From assembly GCA_963665095.1 (NCBI GenBank), contig OY762069.1, positions 672,001-736,000 on the forward strand: a DNA stretch of 64,000 nucleotides. The letters run 5' to 3'. Positions within the stretch are counted from its first letter, which is position 1, and each line of letters opens with the position of its first letter. The notes below the pieces were generated by a model. The model was not told where the DNA came from and searched no databases. It was given only the letters and a program-made list of their open reading frames with translations. A program made the translations under genes and the position numbers. Positions 8,952 through 19,775 of this stretch are shown here, one piece after another. The stretch comes from an uncultured Desulfobacter sp. (lineage in GTDB: Bacteria > Desulfobacterota > Desulfobacteria > Desulfobacterales > Desulfobacteraceae).

Positions 8952-11900
8952 CCGATTCCCGCTCTCCCTTGTCCAGGAGGAGATCTGGCTGTCCCAGATG
9001 ATTCATAATGGTTTGCCTTTGTACAATATTGGCGGGTTTTATAAGCTTAACGGCTTCATTGACACAGAAATTTTTATCCGTGCCCATGAGATGATGACCC
9101 GGCAGAATGACGCTTTCCGGATGCGGTTTCAAAAAGGTGAGACACTTCCCTGGATTGAATTTTGTGACACGGCCCGTCCGGTAACACTCAAGGATTTTTC
9201 GCAGCATGCGGATCCGGACAGAGCCGCCATGCAATGGTGGGAAAAACTGTTTTGTACGCCCTATGAAATTCATGATGCCCAGTTGTCCCGGTATTATCTG
9301 GTAAAGGCCTGTGATACACAGTTCTATTATGTGGCTTCCGGCCATCACCTTTCCATGGACGGTTTTTCATTTGCCCTTCTTATCAGGCGGATTGCTGAAA
9401 ATTATAATGCCCTGATCAATGGTACCAATACAGATAACAAGCCCTCCTACAGGGAGTTTATTTCCAGCGATGCCGCTTACAGACAATCAGAGGCCTTTAA
9501 GGCGGCTAAGGCCTTTTGGACAAATAAATTTTCTGTTATACCCAAGCCGGTGATTCCACGTCGTTATGCGGCAGGATACGGCCGTACGGCGGTCCCCAGT
9601 GTTTTTTCCCACATTCTTCTAACGCCTGAGTTTTACGATCAGCTCATCGGACTGTCTGCGCAGCATAAAGGAAACGTTTTTTTTCTTCTGGCGGCAGTTC
9701 TTTATACCTATTTCCTGCGGACAACGGATATTGAAACCTTTGTTTTCTCCATGCCGCTTCTCAACCGGCCATCCCCTGAATTCATGGGGACAATGGGGCC
9801 TTTTGTCAACGTGATTCCGGTCTGTCTTGATTTTGGTCTGGATATTGACATTCAAACCTTTTTCAAGCGGCTCAAAGCCGAGCTTAAAGAATCTTTGCCG
9901 TTCCAGCGTTTCCCCTTAGGTGAGATCAACAGGGCAGCCGGCTTAAATAAAACCGGCCGCAGCCAGATTTTTGATATCAGCCTCTCCTATGAGCGGTTTG
10001 ACTACAAAATTGATTTCAACGGCACGCCCTTTGAAGTCAACACCATGCACAACGGGTGGGACCAGACCCCTTTGACCCTGGCCATCAAGGAATATCAGAA
10101 GGAATTAGGGGTAAAGCTGGAGTTCTATTATAACTTAAGCGCATATAAAGCAGGCGAAATTGATTACCTCATGGAACGGGTCCGGTTCATGCTGGAACAG
10201 ATGGCTGAAAACCCCGGCATCGCCCTGAACCAGCTTAAAATCATACCGGAAAGGGAGACGCACAAACTGCTCAATGGGTTTAACGCGAATGCCAGAAACG
10301 CCCCGGTACCTTCCGGCAACATCTGTGACAGGTTCAAACAGGCTGCTATGGCCTATTCCGACTGCACGGCCGTTCAGTTCGGCAGCCGGCAGATCACCTA
10401 CCAGACCCTTGATCGCAGGTCTGAGTGTCTGGCCGCCTATCTTCGCCCCTTTCTGAAACAGCCTGAAAATATTGTGGGCATTTATGCCCAAAAATCCATT
10501 GAGATGGTGGTGGGTATCCTTGCCGTTGTCAAGGCGGGCGGTGCCTATTTACCCTTGGATCCGGACTATCCTTCTGACCGCATTCGGTTCATGATTGAGG
10601 ATTCCGGCACAGATGTCATTTTGACCCAGAAACACCTTGTGCGAAATCTGGGCAGCGAAAAAGACCATACCCTGGTGGTCCTGGATGATTTTTTCTATGG
10701 CGATCATCCCGTTGAAAAAACAAAATATGATCTGACTTCAGATCATATTGCCTATGTGATTTATACCTCCGGCACAACAGGCCGTCCCAAAGGGGTCATG
10801 TGTACCCACGGCGGGCTTGTCAACCTTGTGGCGGCCCAGAATCGGATATTTGACATTACCCACGAAAGTCGGCTTCTGCAATTTGCATCCCTGTGCTTTG
10901 ATGCTTCTGTTTCAGAGGTCTTCACCGCGCTGACCGCAGGTGCGACGCTGGTTCTGGCCGGCAAAGACCAGTTAATGCCGGGGCGGCCGTTGCTGGACAC
11001 CCTTGATACGCAAAAAATTACCCACGTAACCCTGCCACCTTCGGCCCTGGCCGTTATGGATCCTTGCCCGCTGTCGCACCTTTCAACCCTGGTCACGGCA
11101 GGAGAACCCTGTCCGGCCAGGCTGTTCAGAAAATGGGGCAAGGGATTAAGATTTATTAATGCTTACGGACCCACTGAAGCCACGGTGTGTGCTTCTGCCA
11201 GGATATGCAGCCATGAAACCACCACTAACCTGCCCATGGGAACGCCCATAGACAATACCTGCCTTTATGTGCTTGATGCCAATCTTGAGCCGGTACCTTT
11301 GGGGGTACCAGGCCATTTGTATATTGCCGGTGCCGGGGTGGCAAAAGGATACCTGAACCGGCCTGAACTGACCCGGGAAAAATTTATTGAAAATCCCTTT
11401 AAACACATGGACGGATACGATCGGTTATACCACACCGGGGATATGGTCCGGTTTTTAACAGACACCTCCATGATGTTTATGGGGAGGGGGGATCATCAGG
11501 TCAAGATAAGAGGCTACCGGATTGAACCTGAAGAGGTTGAAAAGGTGATTTCCGATCATCCCAGGGTATCGGAAGTGGCTGTCGTTCCTAAAACACTTCC
11601 GTCATTGGACAGGTATCTTGCTGCGTTTTATTCAATCGGAAGCACACCGGCTGACAACGCCTGCACCGCAGATATCAGGCAGTTTGCCAAGCAGCGCCTC
11701 CCCGAATATATGATCCCTGCCCGTTTTATTCCCATGGGCAGGCTGCCCCATACAGGCGCCGGAAAGCTGGACCGTCGCAAGCTTGAGGAAACAGAGCCCG
11801 AAAGTACCTGTTCTCAACAGCCTGACGCACCACCGGCAGATGAAACAGAAAAAAAGGTACAGGCCCAGTTTGAAAAAGCCATGAATGGCGCAGCCCCGGC

Positions 11901-12813
11901 CATTGGCGTTCATGACGATTTTTTTGAATCCGGTATGGATTCCCTGACAGCAGTGCGGTTCATCAATCACCTGGAAAAAGCCTTCAGCCACAGGGTGTTG
12001 TTTTCAGAACTGATGAATAACAGCACGATCCATTCGCTTGCCAGGCTGTTTTCACTTCATGGGGATACGCGAAAGGCGGACCGCCGGATGCTTGTACCCA
12101 TTACAAACAGTGGCGATAAAGCTCCGTTTTTCTGCGTTACTGCCGGATACGGGGATGTGGTTAAACTGCGCGGTCTTTCCCTGCACCTTGGAAAAAATCA
12201 GCCCTTTTTCATGCTGCAGCCCAATACCATTGACAGGGCCGTTGCCGCTACTACCCTGGCACAGCAGTACAAGGCGGAAATTTTGCGGCAAAATCCCGAT
12301 GGTCCCTACCTGCTTGGCGGATACAGTGCCGGCGGTGTGCTGGCCTATGAAACAGCACGTCTGCTTCAGGAGCAGGGATGTGACGTGGCGCTTCTGGTCA
12401 TGATCGGTGCGCCGTGGAGCTATGGAAAATCTATCCATCTGGTGAACAGAAAAATTCGGCGCCTGATATTAAAGCTGCTGCCGGACCCTGGGGATAAGAT
12501 CGCCTCAAATTTTTTAGAAATTCTGCGTGCCATTTTTCTTGACCAGGGGCTTCAATATCATCTGGATTCCCTTGTGGGTTATTGTCCAAAGGGGTATAAA
12601 GGAAAAACTGACTATTTTCAGGGGAAATGGGCCATGTCCAGATTTCTGGGCACCCACCGCAACTGGATGAGACGTGCCAGGGGCCCTTTTAACCTGCACA
12701 TGCTCCCCGGCAATCATGACAGCTTCATGAGAGAACCCCATGTGGCCGTTCTGGCCCAAAGGCTGAAGCGTTGCCTCAGTGCCGTTGACCGGGAAAAAGG
12801 GGGGTACAAATGA
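8926..12813 (+). CDS. Monomodular non-ribosomal peptide synthetase, C-A-T-TE
   Basis: C: HHLSMDG; A: YVIYTSGTTGRPKG, FDASVSE, NAYGPTE, YHTGD, QVKIRGYRIE; T: FFESGMDSL; TE: GYSAGG and PGNH. Confidence 0.95.
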   Translation: MMSEETCSNRFPLSLVQEEIWLSQMIHNGLPLYNIGGFYKLNGFIDTEIFIRAHEMMTRQNDAFRMRFQKGETLPWIEFCDTARPVTLKDFSQHADPDRAAMQWWEKLFCTPYEIHDAQLSRYYLVKACDTQFYYVASGHHLSMDGFSFALLIRRIAENYNALINGTNTDNKPSYREFISSDAAYRQSEAFKAAKAFWTNKFSVIPKPVIPRRYAAGYGRTAVPSVFSHILLTPEFYDQLIGLSAQHKGNVFFLLAAVLYTYFLRTTDIETFVFSMPLLNRPSPEFMGTMGPFVNVIPVCLDFGLDIDIQTFFKRLKAELKESLPFQRFPLGEINRAAGLNKTGRSQIFDISLSYERFDYKIDFNGTPFEVNTMHNGWDQTPLTLAIKEYQKELGVKLEFYYNLSAYKAGEIDYLMERVRFMLEQMAENPGIALNQLKIIPERETHKLLNGFNANARNAPVPSGNICDRFKQAAMAYSDCTAVQFGSRQITYQTLDRRSECLAAYLRPFLKQPENIVGIYAQKSIEMVVGILAVVKAGGAYLPLDPDYPSDRIRFMIEDSGTDVILTQKHLVRNLGSEKDHTLVVLDDFFYGDHPVEKTKYDLTSDHIAYVIYTSGTTGRPKGVMCTHGGLVNLVAAQNRIFDITHESRLLQFASLCFDASVSEVFTALTAGATLVLAGKDQLMPGRPLLDTLDTQKITHVTLPPSALAVMDPCPLSHLSTLVTAGEPCPARLFRKWGKGLRFINAYGPTEATVCASARICSHETTTNLPMGTPIDNTCLYVLDANLEPVPLGVPGHLYIAGAGVAKGYLNRPELTREKFIENPFKHMDGYDRLYHTGDMVRFLTDTSMMFMGRGDHQVKIRGYRIEPEEVEKVISDHPRVSEVAVVPKTLPSLDRYLAAFYSIGSTPADNACTADIRQFAKQRLPEYMIPARFIPMGRLPHTGAGKLDRRKLEETEPESTCSQQPDAPPADETEKKVQAQFEKAMNGAAPAIGVHDDFFESGMDSLTAVRFINHLEKAFSHRVLFSELMNNSTIHSLARLFSLHGDTRKADRRMLVPITNSGDKAPFFCVTAGYGDVVKLRGLSLHLGKNQPFFMLQPNTIDRAVAATTLAQQYKAEILRQNPDGPYLLGGYSAGGVLAYETARLLQEQGCDVALLVMIGAPWSYGKSIHLVNRKIRRLILKLLPDPGDKIASNFLEILRAIFLDQGLQYHLDSLVGYCPKGYKGKTDYFQGKWAMSRFLGTHRNWMRRARGPFNLHMLPGNHDSFMREPHVAVLAQRLKRCLSAVDREKGGYK

Positions 12814-14042
12814 ATATCACCATTGTCGCACTGGGCTCCAGTGGCGATGTATATCCAACCCTTGCGCTGGGTATTGGTTTGCAAAAAGCGGGATGCCGGG
12901 TCTGCCTGGCTGCCAACCCTCTCTTTGAAGCCGATATCCTGAAACGCGGTATTACGTTTTTTCCCATCCGCACCTTATTAAGGCAGTCCCTGGCCAGCAG
13001 TCCCAACAGTCTGTATCCGGCCAAATCCCTTGACCCCTTGCGGTTTCTCGGTTTGAAAAAGCGTCATATCACGCCGATCATGGAAAGCATTGTCTCCGAT
13101 ATCCGCGATGCCTGCCAGGATGCGGATTTGATTCTTTATAATATGCTGGGACTTCCTGCCCATTATTTTGCACGGCAGATGGGTATCAAAGCCTGCCCCA
13201 TCTGCCTTCAGCCCCTGGGCCGGACCAAGGGGTTTCCAAGTCCTGTGATTTCATCAAGCATTCCTGTGCCTAAAATGCTGAATGCCGCAAGTTACTGGAT
13301 TGTTGAAAAATGTATGAATCTGTTTTTACGAAACAGCGGACAGCTGAAGGGCAGGTCGTCTTTCAAAGATCTCATTCAGGAGCTGTATTCAGATAATATT
13401 CCCGTGCTCCATGGCTTCAGCTCCTGTGTGCTGCCAAAACCGTCTGACTGGTCGGACAGCATGCATATTACCGGATACTGGTTTCTGGATACCCCTATGG
13501 ACTGGCAGGCGGATGAAGATCTTCTGGCATTCCTGAAAAAAGGGCCTGCCCCTGTGTGTGTGGGCTTTGGTTCCATGAATGATCCCGATATCACCACCAT
13601 TATCAAAAAGGCGGTTCAGGGTGTGCTTGAGGCCGGTCACCGGGCGCTTCTTCTGACCGGATGGAGCGGAGAGGCGTTTAAGGACCTTAGTTGTCCGGAT
13701 CTTTACGTGGCAAAGAGCATTCCTCACTCCTGGCTTTTTCCACAGGTATCTGCCGTGGTGCATCATGGCGGTGCCGGCACCACCGCTGCAGCCATCAGAG
13801 CAGGTATTCCGTCAGTGATTATTCCCTTCTTTTTTGATCAGGGATTCTGGGCCGATCGTCTGGAAAAACTTGGCGCAGGCCCTCCGCTTCTGTCCAAAAA
13901 GACCTTAAGCCCCGGAACCATGGCATCCTGCATTAACCAGGCCCTGGATGACAGACACCTCCATGATAAACTGGACCGGCTCAGTTTTCAGGTGAACATG
14001 GAAAACGGGGTTGAGAATGCGGTCAGCCTTCTGCTGGCATAG
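12810..14042 (+). CDS. GT1-family glycosyltransferase (sterol glucosyltransferase / RhlB-like)
   Basis: GSSGDVYP N-terminal motif, VGFGSM, HSWLFP, HHGGAGTT, FFDQ; ATGA overlap with the NRPS. Confidence 0.9.
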   Translation: MNITIVALGSSGDVYPTLALGIGLQKAGCRVCLAANPLFEADILKRGITFFPIRTLLRQSLASSPNSLYPAKSLDPLRFLGLKKRHITPIMESIVSDIRDACQDADLILYNMLGLPAHYFARQMGIKACPICLQPLGRTKGFPSPVISSSIPVPKMLNAASYWIVEKCMNLFLRNSGQLKGRSSFKDLIQELYSDNIPVLHGFSSCVLPKPSDWSDSMHITGYWFLDTPMDWQADEDLLAFLKKGPAPVCVGFGSMNDPDITTIIKKAVQGVLEAGHRALLLTGWSGEAFKDLSCPDLYVAKSIPHSWLFPQVSAVVHHGGAGTTAAAIRAGIPSVIIPFFFDQGFWADRLEKLGAGPPLLSKKTLSPGTMASCINQALDDRHLHDKLDRLSFQVNMENGVENAVSLLLA

Positions 14043-14426
14043 CTCTGGCTTTTTCACCGGCCTGCTTACATCCTGTGTTGCGGGGCGTTTTAGAGGTATT
14101 TTATCTAACTTCACGTCATCATTTTTTGTTTTGTACGACAGAAAACTGACAGTTGCTTTTTTTAAATCAAAGTACTAAGCTCTGCCTTGTGTAGTGGCAA
14201 GACAGCGCGAAGCCTTTAAGAGATGATACGAAACACATTTCATTACATGGTTTAAAGGACATGATTTACATATCCCGGCAGATTGGCTTTGATCTGTCCC
14301 TTCTTGATAGTCTGCGAATGCTGCCTGCCATTGTTTGCCCTTCTTTGGAATTAACTTTATTGCGGATATAACCTGCGTCATTAAAAAAAGATTTAATTAT
14401 TATTTAAGTCTTTGCTGGAAAACACG

Positions 14427-17400
14427 ATGCGCTTAACTATACTTCCTGCCTGTGTCACATATCTGTTTTCTGTCCTGTTTCTGTGGTTCATGACTGTAGT
14501 TTCTGCCATGGGCAGCCAGATACCGGAGAAGGTTGAAGTGGCTGTGGGAATGGACTCTGTTCCCTATTATTATTTAGATCAGGACAATCAGGCCGCCGGC
14601 CTGGTGGTAGATATCTGGAAGCTGTGGTCCAGGCAGACCGGAATTAAGGTAGTATTTAAATCCTATCCATTTTATCAGACCCTGACCGCCGTACAGGATG
14701 GTGAGGCTGATATTCACGCCGGATGCTTTTTCAGTGAAGAGCGAAGCAGATCCCTTGATTTCGTCACGCCTGTGGCAACGGTGCGAACCCATTTTTTTGT
14801 CAGGAAAAATATACTGGGCGTCAAAAGCCTGGTGGATTTAAGGGGATTTCGCATTGGTGTCATCAAAGGAGATGCCGCCATCGGCTACTTGAAACAAAAG
14901 ATGCCCGATGCCTCCCTGGCCATGTATACAGATAACCAGTCTTTGTTTAATGCTGTAAAATCCGGTGATATTCTTGCCTTTGTGAAAGATACCAATATCG
15001 CCCTGGCCATGCTGAAACAAAAGGGGATTTTAAGCCAGTACCGGTATTTTGATCAGGAACCCCTTTATGAAGCAGACTGGCTTTGCGCCGTGCGCCGGGG
15101 CAATACGGATTTGGCAGACATCGTCAGAAACGGGATGCAGTCCATTGCCCAAAGTAAAAAAGAGGCGGTTCTCCAGAAATGGACCGGCAGAACACAGGCA
15201 TTGGACGCAGATGCTCTGATTATAGCCTGCTGCAGTGAATATCCGCCCATGTCCATGATCAGTGCATCCGGCCATCCTTCCGGCATGCTGGTGGATGTCT
15301 GGCGGCTGTGGTCTGCCAAAACAGGGCAGAAAATAAAATTCCGATTTTTCAACTGGGAAGATTCCCTCAAAGCCCTTGAGGATGGCAGGGCTGATATCCA
15401 CTCCGGGCTGTTCAGATCTATCACGCGGGAGAAGTCTCTGGGATTTTCCAAACCTTTCTACCGGGTGGAAAGTGGCTTTTTCTATCGACTTGGGCCGGAT
15501 GCCCCTGAAAGGCTTTCCGATCTGAAAGATAAACCTGTTGGCGTTGATGCCGGCACCATTCAGCTGGATTATCTGCAAAGCGGTAATCATGCTTTTCACC
15601 CCTTTCCGGTAAAAACAGATCTTATCCATGAAGCCGCCCAGGGATCTTTTGATGCGTTTTTTGCCGAATTGCCATATGTATCAGCGCAGCTGGAGCGTAG
15701 AGGAGAGCAGGGCGTGTACGATCTTTTACCCCAGGGCCGGCTGGTTATGGCGCTCCATGCCGGGGTGGCAAAGAAGCATTCCGCACGCCTTGATACCATA
15801 GACAAAGGGTTTGCCGCCATTTCCGATGTTGAACTGGCAGATATAGAGGCCCGCTGGATTAAAGATCCGGACCTGCGCCGGTTCAGCAGCGATGCGCTGG
15901 AAAATATACTCTCCCGGGAAGAGAAGAACTGGTTGAAAGATCACCAGGTCATTCCCCTTCTTGGCGATGCTACCTGGCCCCCCATTGGATTTGCCGATGA
16001 GACTGGCCGGTACAAAGGGGTGGCGGCTGACTATATAAAGCTGATCGGCCGTCGTCTAGGGGTCCGTTTTGAGGTTATCAGTGATTATACCTGGAACCAG
16101 ATGATGACCCAGGTCAAGTCCGGCAAGGCAAACGGCATCACCTGTATTGTCCGGGAAAATGACAGGGAAAATTTTCTTTCATTCAGTAACCCCTATTTTG
16201 TGTGCCCCTATGTGATTGTTACCCGAAAGGACCGTCCGGCCATATCCGGTATTGAGGACCTGTCTGGCAGGACACTGGCCATTGAGAATGGGTATTTTCT
16301 TCATACCCGGCTGAAACAGGAGTACCCGAAAGTCATTCTTAAACCCGTGGAGAATACCCGGACGGCCCTTGACACTGTTGTCACTGGAGAAGCAGATGCC
16401 TATATCGGCAATCTCATGGTGATCAAATACCTGTTGAATGAAAAAGGGATCAGCGATCTGAAGATTGCAGCCCCGTCCCCATGGCCCGGTTCCAGATTAT
16501 GCATGGGTATCCGCAAGGACTGGCCCTTTTTGATATCCGCCATTGACAAGGCCATTGAAAATATCTCCCAGGAATCACACCGGCTGATTAACCAGCACTG
16601 GATGGAGGATTCAGGGGATATGGAACAGGAGGTCATGTTTCTGCTCTCTCCCCGTGAGAAAGCATGGTTGAAAGCCCATCCCGAAATAAGGCTTGGGATT
16701 GATCCTGCCTGGCCGCCCTTTGAATTTTTTTCAAGGAAATACGGATACTCAGGACTGGCTTCTGAATATATCCGGCAGATTGGAAAACGGCTTAATATAA
16801 CCATGACCCCTCAAACCGGTCAGACCTGGCCCGAGGCTCTGGACATGGGGAAAAACAGGGCAGTGGACCTGTTTCCCTGTATTGTCCCCAGCCCGGGCAG
16901 GAAGCAATTCCTTGAATTCACAAAACCATATCTCTCTTTTCCCATGGTGGTGGCCGCCAGGGCCAGTTTCCCCTTTATCAGTGGCCTCAATGAACTGGAA
17001 GGAAAGAAGGTGGTTGTGGTCAAAGGCTATGTATCCCATGAGATCCTTGAAAAAGAGTTTCCCCGTCTTGAACTTGAGACTGTGGAATCGGTTAATCATG
17101 GATTGAAACTGGTCAGCCAGGGCAGGGCAGACGTTTTTGTGGGAAATCTGGCATCCATTACCTACAGTTCCAAGAAAATGGGACTGACCAATATTAAAAT
17201 TTCCGCAGTTACCCCATACCTGTTTGAGTTGTCCATGGGCGTCAGGAAGGACTGGCCCCAACTTGTATCCATCCTTGATAAAACCCTGAACACCATGCCC
17301 GAGGCTGAAAAAAATAAAATCCGGGATGCATGGATCAGCATGCAGTTTGAGCACCGGATCAACTGGAGCCTTCTGTGGAAATGGATCCTGGGCATGACAC

Positions 17401-19772
17401 TTGTTTCCGGAACCATTCTGGGCGTTATTCTTTTTTCCAACAACAAATTGAAAAAAGAGGTAAATGAAAGAAAACGGGTGGAAGAGGCATTAATGGAGAG
17501 CTACTCGCAACTGTCCATCGCTGTGGCTGAAGCGAAAAGCGAAAAGCGAAAGGCGTTAGCTGCAGACAAGGCAAAAAGTGAGTTCCTTGCCAATATGAGC
17601 CATGAAATCCGCACCCCCATGAACGCGATTACCGGCATGACCCATCTGGTTATGCAAACGGAGCTGGATACCCGGCAGAAAGATTATGTGCATAAGATTG
17701 ATGCATCAGCTAAATCTTTGCTGAACCTGATCAACGATATTCTTGATTTTTCAAAGATTGAAGCCGGGAAAATGGATATGGAGGTGGTTGAGTTCAGCCT
17801 GGATGAGACCATGGAAAATCTTGCCAGCCTGATTACGGTGAAAGCAGGCGGTAAAAAGGATATAGAGGTGTTATTCCGGATGGACCCCGGAATTCCTGAC
17901 TTGCTGATGGGAGATCCATTAAGATTGAATCAGGTGCTGGTCAACCTTGGAAACAATGCGGTAAAGTTTACTGAAAAAGGACACATCATTGTATCTGTGG
18001 ATATGTTGGAAAAAACCGAAGAGCAGGTGGTTATAGAATTTTCAGTAACAGACAGCGGCATCGGCATGACCCCGGCACAGCAGGAAAAGCTGTTCAAAGC
18101 CTTCAGCCAGGCGGATTCCTCCACCACGCGGAAATATGGCGGCACAGGACTGGGACTGGCCATCTCAAAGCGCATCGTTGAAATGATGGGAGGACAAATC
18201 CGGCTTGAGAGTGTTGCCGGTAAAGGCAGTACCTTCTCCTTTTCAGTTCCTTTCAAGACCGGCCCGCAGGCGGACAGAATACTGCCCTGCCTGGATGATG
18301 ATATGGCGGATATCCGGGTGATGGTAATTGATGATAATCCTGCATCCAGGAATATTTTTATCCAGATGTTTGGCGTTTTCTCCATTTCAGCCCAAGGCGC
18401 TGATTCCGGGAAAAAGGGCCTTGCCATGATCAAGGCTTCGGAACGGCCTTACGATCTTGTGCTGATTGACTATCAGATGCCGGATATGGACGGGTTTGAA
18501 ACCGTTCTGGAGATCAAAACGCATTATTCCGATACCCCCTGTCCCAAAATTATTCTGGCCTGTTCCACAGAGGATGATACACTTATTTCCAAGGCCAGTG
18601 ATATGGGTATTGACGGGGTTCTTTTTAAGCCCTGTACCTATTCGGCACTATTTAACACTCTTTTGACAGTCTTTGGCCGGCAGAAACTGATGCCGGACAG
18701 GCAGTCCCGTATCCGGAAGCTTCCCAGGTCGATACTTGGGGCCTCAATTCTTCTGGTGGAGGATCATGATATCAATCAGCAGGTGGCAAAGGAGATCCTG
18801 GAAGGCGCCGGCTTTTTTGTCAGTATCGCGAATAATGGAAAGCAGGCCCTTTCCATGGTATTGGAGCAGATGTTTGATCTGGTTCTCATGGACCTGCAGA
18901 TGCCGGTGATGGACGGATATGAAGCCACCCGTGAAATCAGGCGCTACAAAGATGACAAGGCGCTTCCCATCATTGCCATGACTGCTTCTGCCATGCCCCG
19001 GGACCGGGAAAGAGCCATGGCTGCCGGTATGAACGCCCATGTGAGTAAACCCATTGATTTAAATGAACTGTTCCAGGCCCTGTCGCAGTGGATCAAACCG
19101 GGCCAAAGGCCCTTACCCCAGGGATTTGGCAAACAGCCGGGTAAGACGGTTTCCCTTTTGGATGTGCCCGGTATTTCAGTGGGAAAGGCCCTGTCCCGTC
19201 TGGATAATAACCAGGATCTTTACCTTGACCTGCTGGTTAAATTTAAACAGAGTTATTCCCATGCGGACCGACAGTTATGGCAACTTATTGAAACAGGGCA
19301 GGCTGAAGATGCCAGACGGCTGGCACACTCCATCAAAGGGGTGGCCGGAAATATCGGTATGACTGGCGTTCAGGAAGCGGCAGCAGGCCTGGAAACAGCC
19401 TTCCGTAACAGGGCCTCAGCTGAGTATGATACCCTGATGGCCCAATTTTCAGACGGGCTGCCTCTTGTTCTGGCATCTGTTGACCAGCTGACAAAGGATG
19501 TGGCAAATAAGCAGGAGAACAAGTTGGCTGGCAATTCTGATCTCAGATCGCCCGGGGAACTTGTCTCAATGCTGCGGGATCTTGCCCCGTACGTTAAAAA
19601 ACGTGAAGCCAAACCGGCAAAGGAGCTGATAAAAAATATTACCGATCTGTCATGGCCCCGGGGTTTTGCGTCTGATGTGGAAGAGTTAGGACAGTTGATT
19701 GGAAGGTACCAGTTTAAGCCTGCTTTACAAGTTATTGAAAAAATGATGAGTGAATTTGAAAATATAGGATAA
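14427..19772 (+). CDS. Hybrid sensor histidine kinase: 4 periplasmic solute-binding domains, TM, HisKA, HATPase, 2 REC, Hpt
   Basis: Four SBP repeats (DSVPYYY, EYPPMSM, TWPPIGF, AWPPFEF); FLANMSHEIRTPMN; GGTGLGLAI; DYQMP and DLQMP; AHSIKGVAGNIG. Confidence 0.93.
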   Translation: MRLTILPACVTYLFSVLFLWFMTVVSAMGSQIPEKVEVAVGMDSVPYYYLDQDNQAAGLVVDIWKLWSRQTGIKVVFKSYPFYQTLTAVQDGEADIHAGCFFSEERSRSLDFVTPVATVRTHFFVRKNILGVKSLVDLRGFRIGVIKGDAAIGYLKQKMPDASLAMYTDNQSLFNAVKSGDILAFVKDTNIALAMLKQKGILSQYRYFDQEPLYEADWLCAVRRGNTDLADIVRNGMQSIAQSKKEAVLQKWTGRTQALDADALIIACCSEYPPMSMISASGHPSGMLVDVWRLWSAKTGQKIKFRFFNWEDSLKALEDGRADIHSGLFRSITREKSLGFSKPFYRVESGFFYRLGPDAPERLSDLKDKPVGVDAGTIQLDYLQSGNHAFHPFPVKTDLIHEAAQGSFDAFFAELPYVSAQLERRGEQGVYDLLPQGRLVMALHAGVAKKHSARLDTIDKGFAAISDVELADIEARWIKDPDLRRFSSDALENILSREEKNWLKDHQVIPLLGDATWPPIGFADETGRYKGVAADYIKLIGRRLGVRFEVISDYTWNQMMTQVKSGKANGITCIVRENDRENFLSFSNPYFVCPYVIVTRKDRPAISGIEDLSGRTLAIENGYFLHTRLKQEYPKVILKPVENTRTALDTVVTGEADAYIGNLMVIKYLLNEKGISDLKIAAPSPWPGSRLCMGIRKDWPFLISAIDKAIENISQESHRLINQHWMEDSGDMEQEVMFLLSPREKAWLKAHPEIRLGIDPAWPPFEFFSRKYGYSGLASEYIRQIGKRLNITMTPQTGQTWPEALDMGKNRAVDLFPCIVPSPGRKQFLEFTKPYLSFPMVVAARASFPFISGLNELEGKKVVVVKGYVSHEILEKEFPRLELETVESVNHGLKLVSQGRADVFVGNLASITYSSKKMGLTNIKISAVTPYLFELSMGVRKDWPQLVSILDKTLNTMPEAEKNKIRDAWISMQFEHRINWSLLWKWILGMTLVSGTILGVILFSNNKLKKEVNERKRVEEALMESYSQLSIAVAEAKSEKRKALAADKAKSEFLANMSHEIRTPMNAITGMTHLVMQTELDTRQKDYVHKIDASAKSLLNLINDILDFSKIEAGKMDMEVVEFSLDETMENLASLITVKAGGKKDIEVLFRMDPGIPDLLMGDPLRLNQVLVNLGNNAVKFTEKGHIIVSVDMLEKTEEQVVIEFSVTDSGIGMTPAQQEKLFKAFSQADSSTTRKYGGTGLGLAISKRIVEMMGGQIRLESVAGKGSTFSFSVPFKTGPQADRILPCLDDDMADIRVMVIDDNPASRNIFIQMFGVFSISAQGADSGKKGLAMIKASERPYDLVLIDYQMPDMDGFETVLEIKTHYSDTPCPKIILACSTEDDTLISKASDMGIDGVLFKPCTYSALFNTLLTVFGRQKLMPDRQSRIRKLPRSILGASILLVEDHDINQQVAKEILEGAGFFVSIANNGKQALSMVLEQMFDLVLMDLQMPVMDGYEATREIRRYKDDKALPIIAMTASAMPRDRERAMAAGMNAHVSKPIDLNELFQALSQWIKPGQRPLPQGFGKQPGKTVSLLDVPGISVGKALSRLDNNQDLYLDLLVKFKQSYSHADRQLWQLIETGQAEDARRLAHSIKGVAGNIGMTGVQEAAAGLETAFRNRASAEYDTLMAQFSDGLPLVLASVDQLTKDVANKQENKLAGNSDLRSPGELVSMLRDLAPYVKKREAKPAKELIKNITDLSWPRGFASDVEELGQLIGRYQFKPALQVIEKMMSEFENIG

Positions 19773-19775
19773 ATT

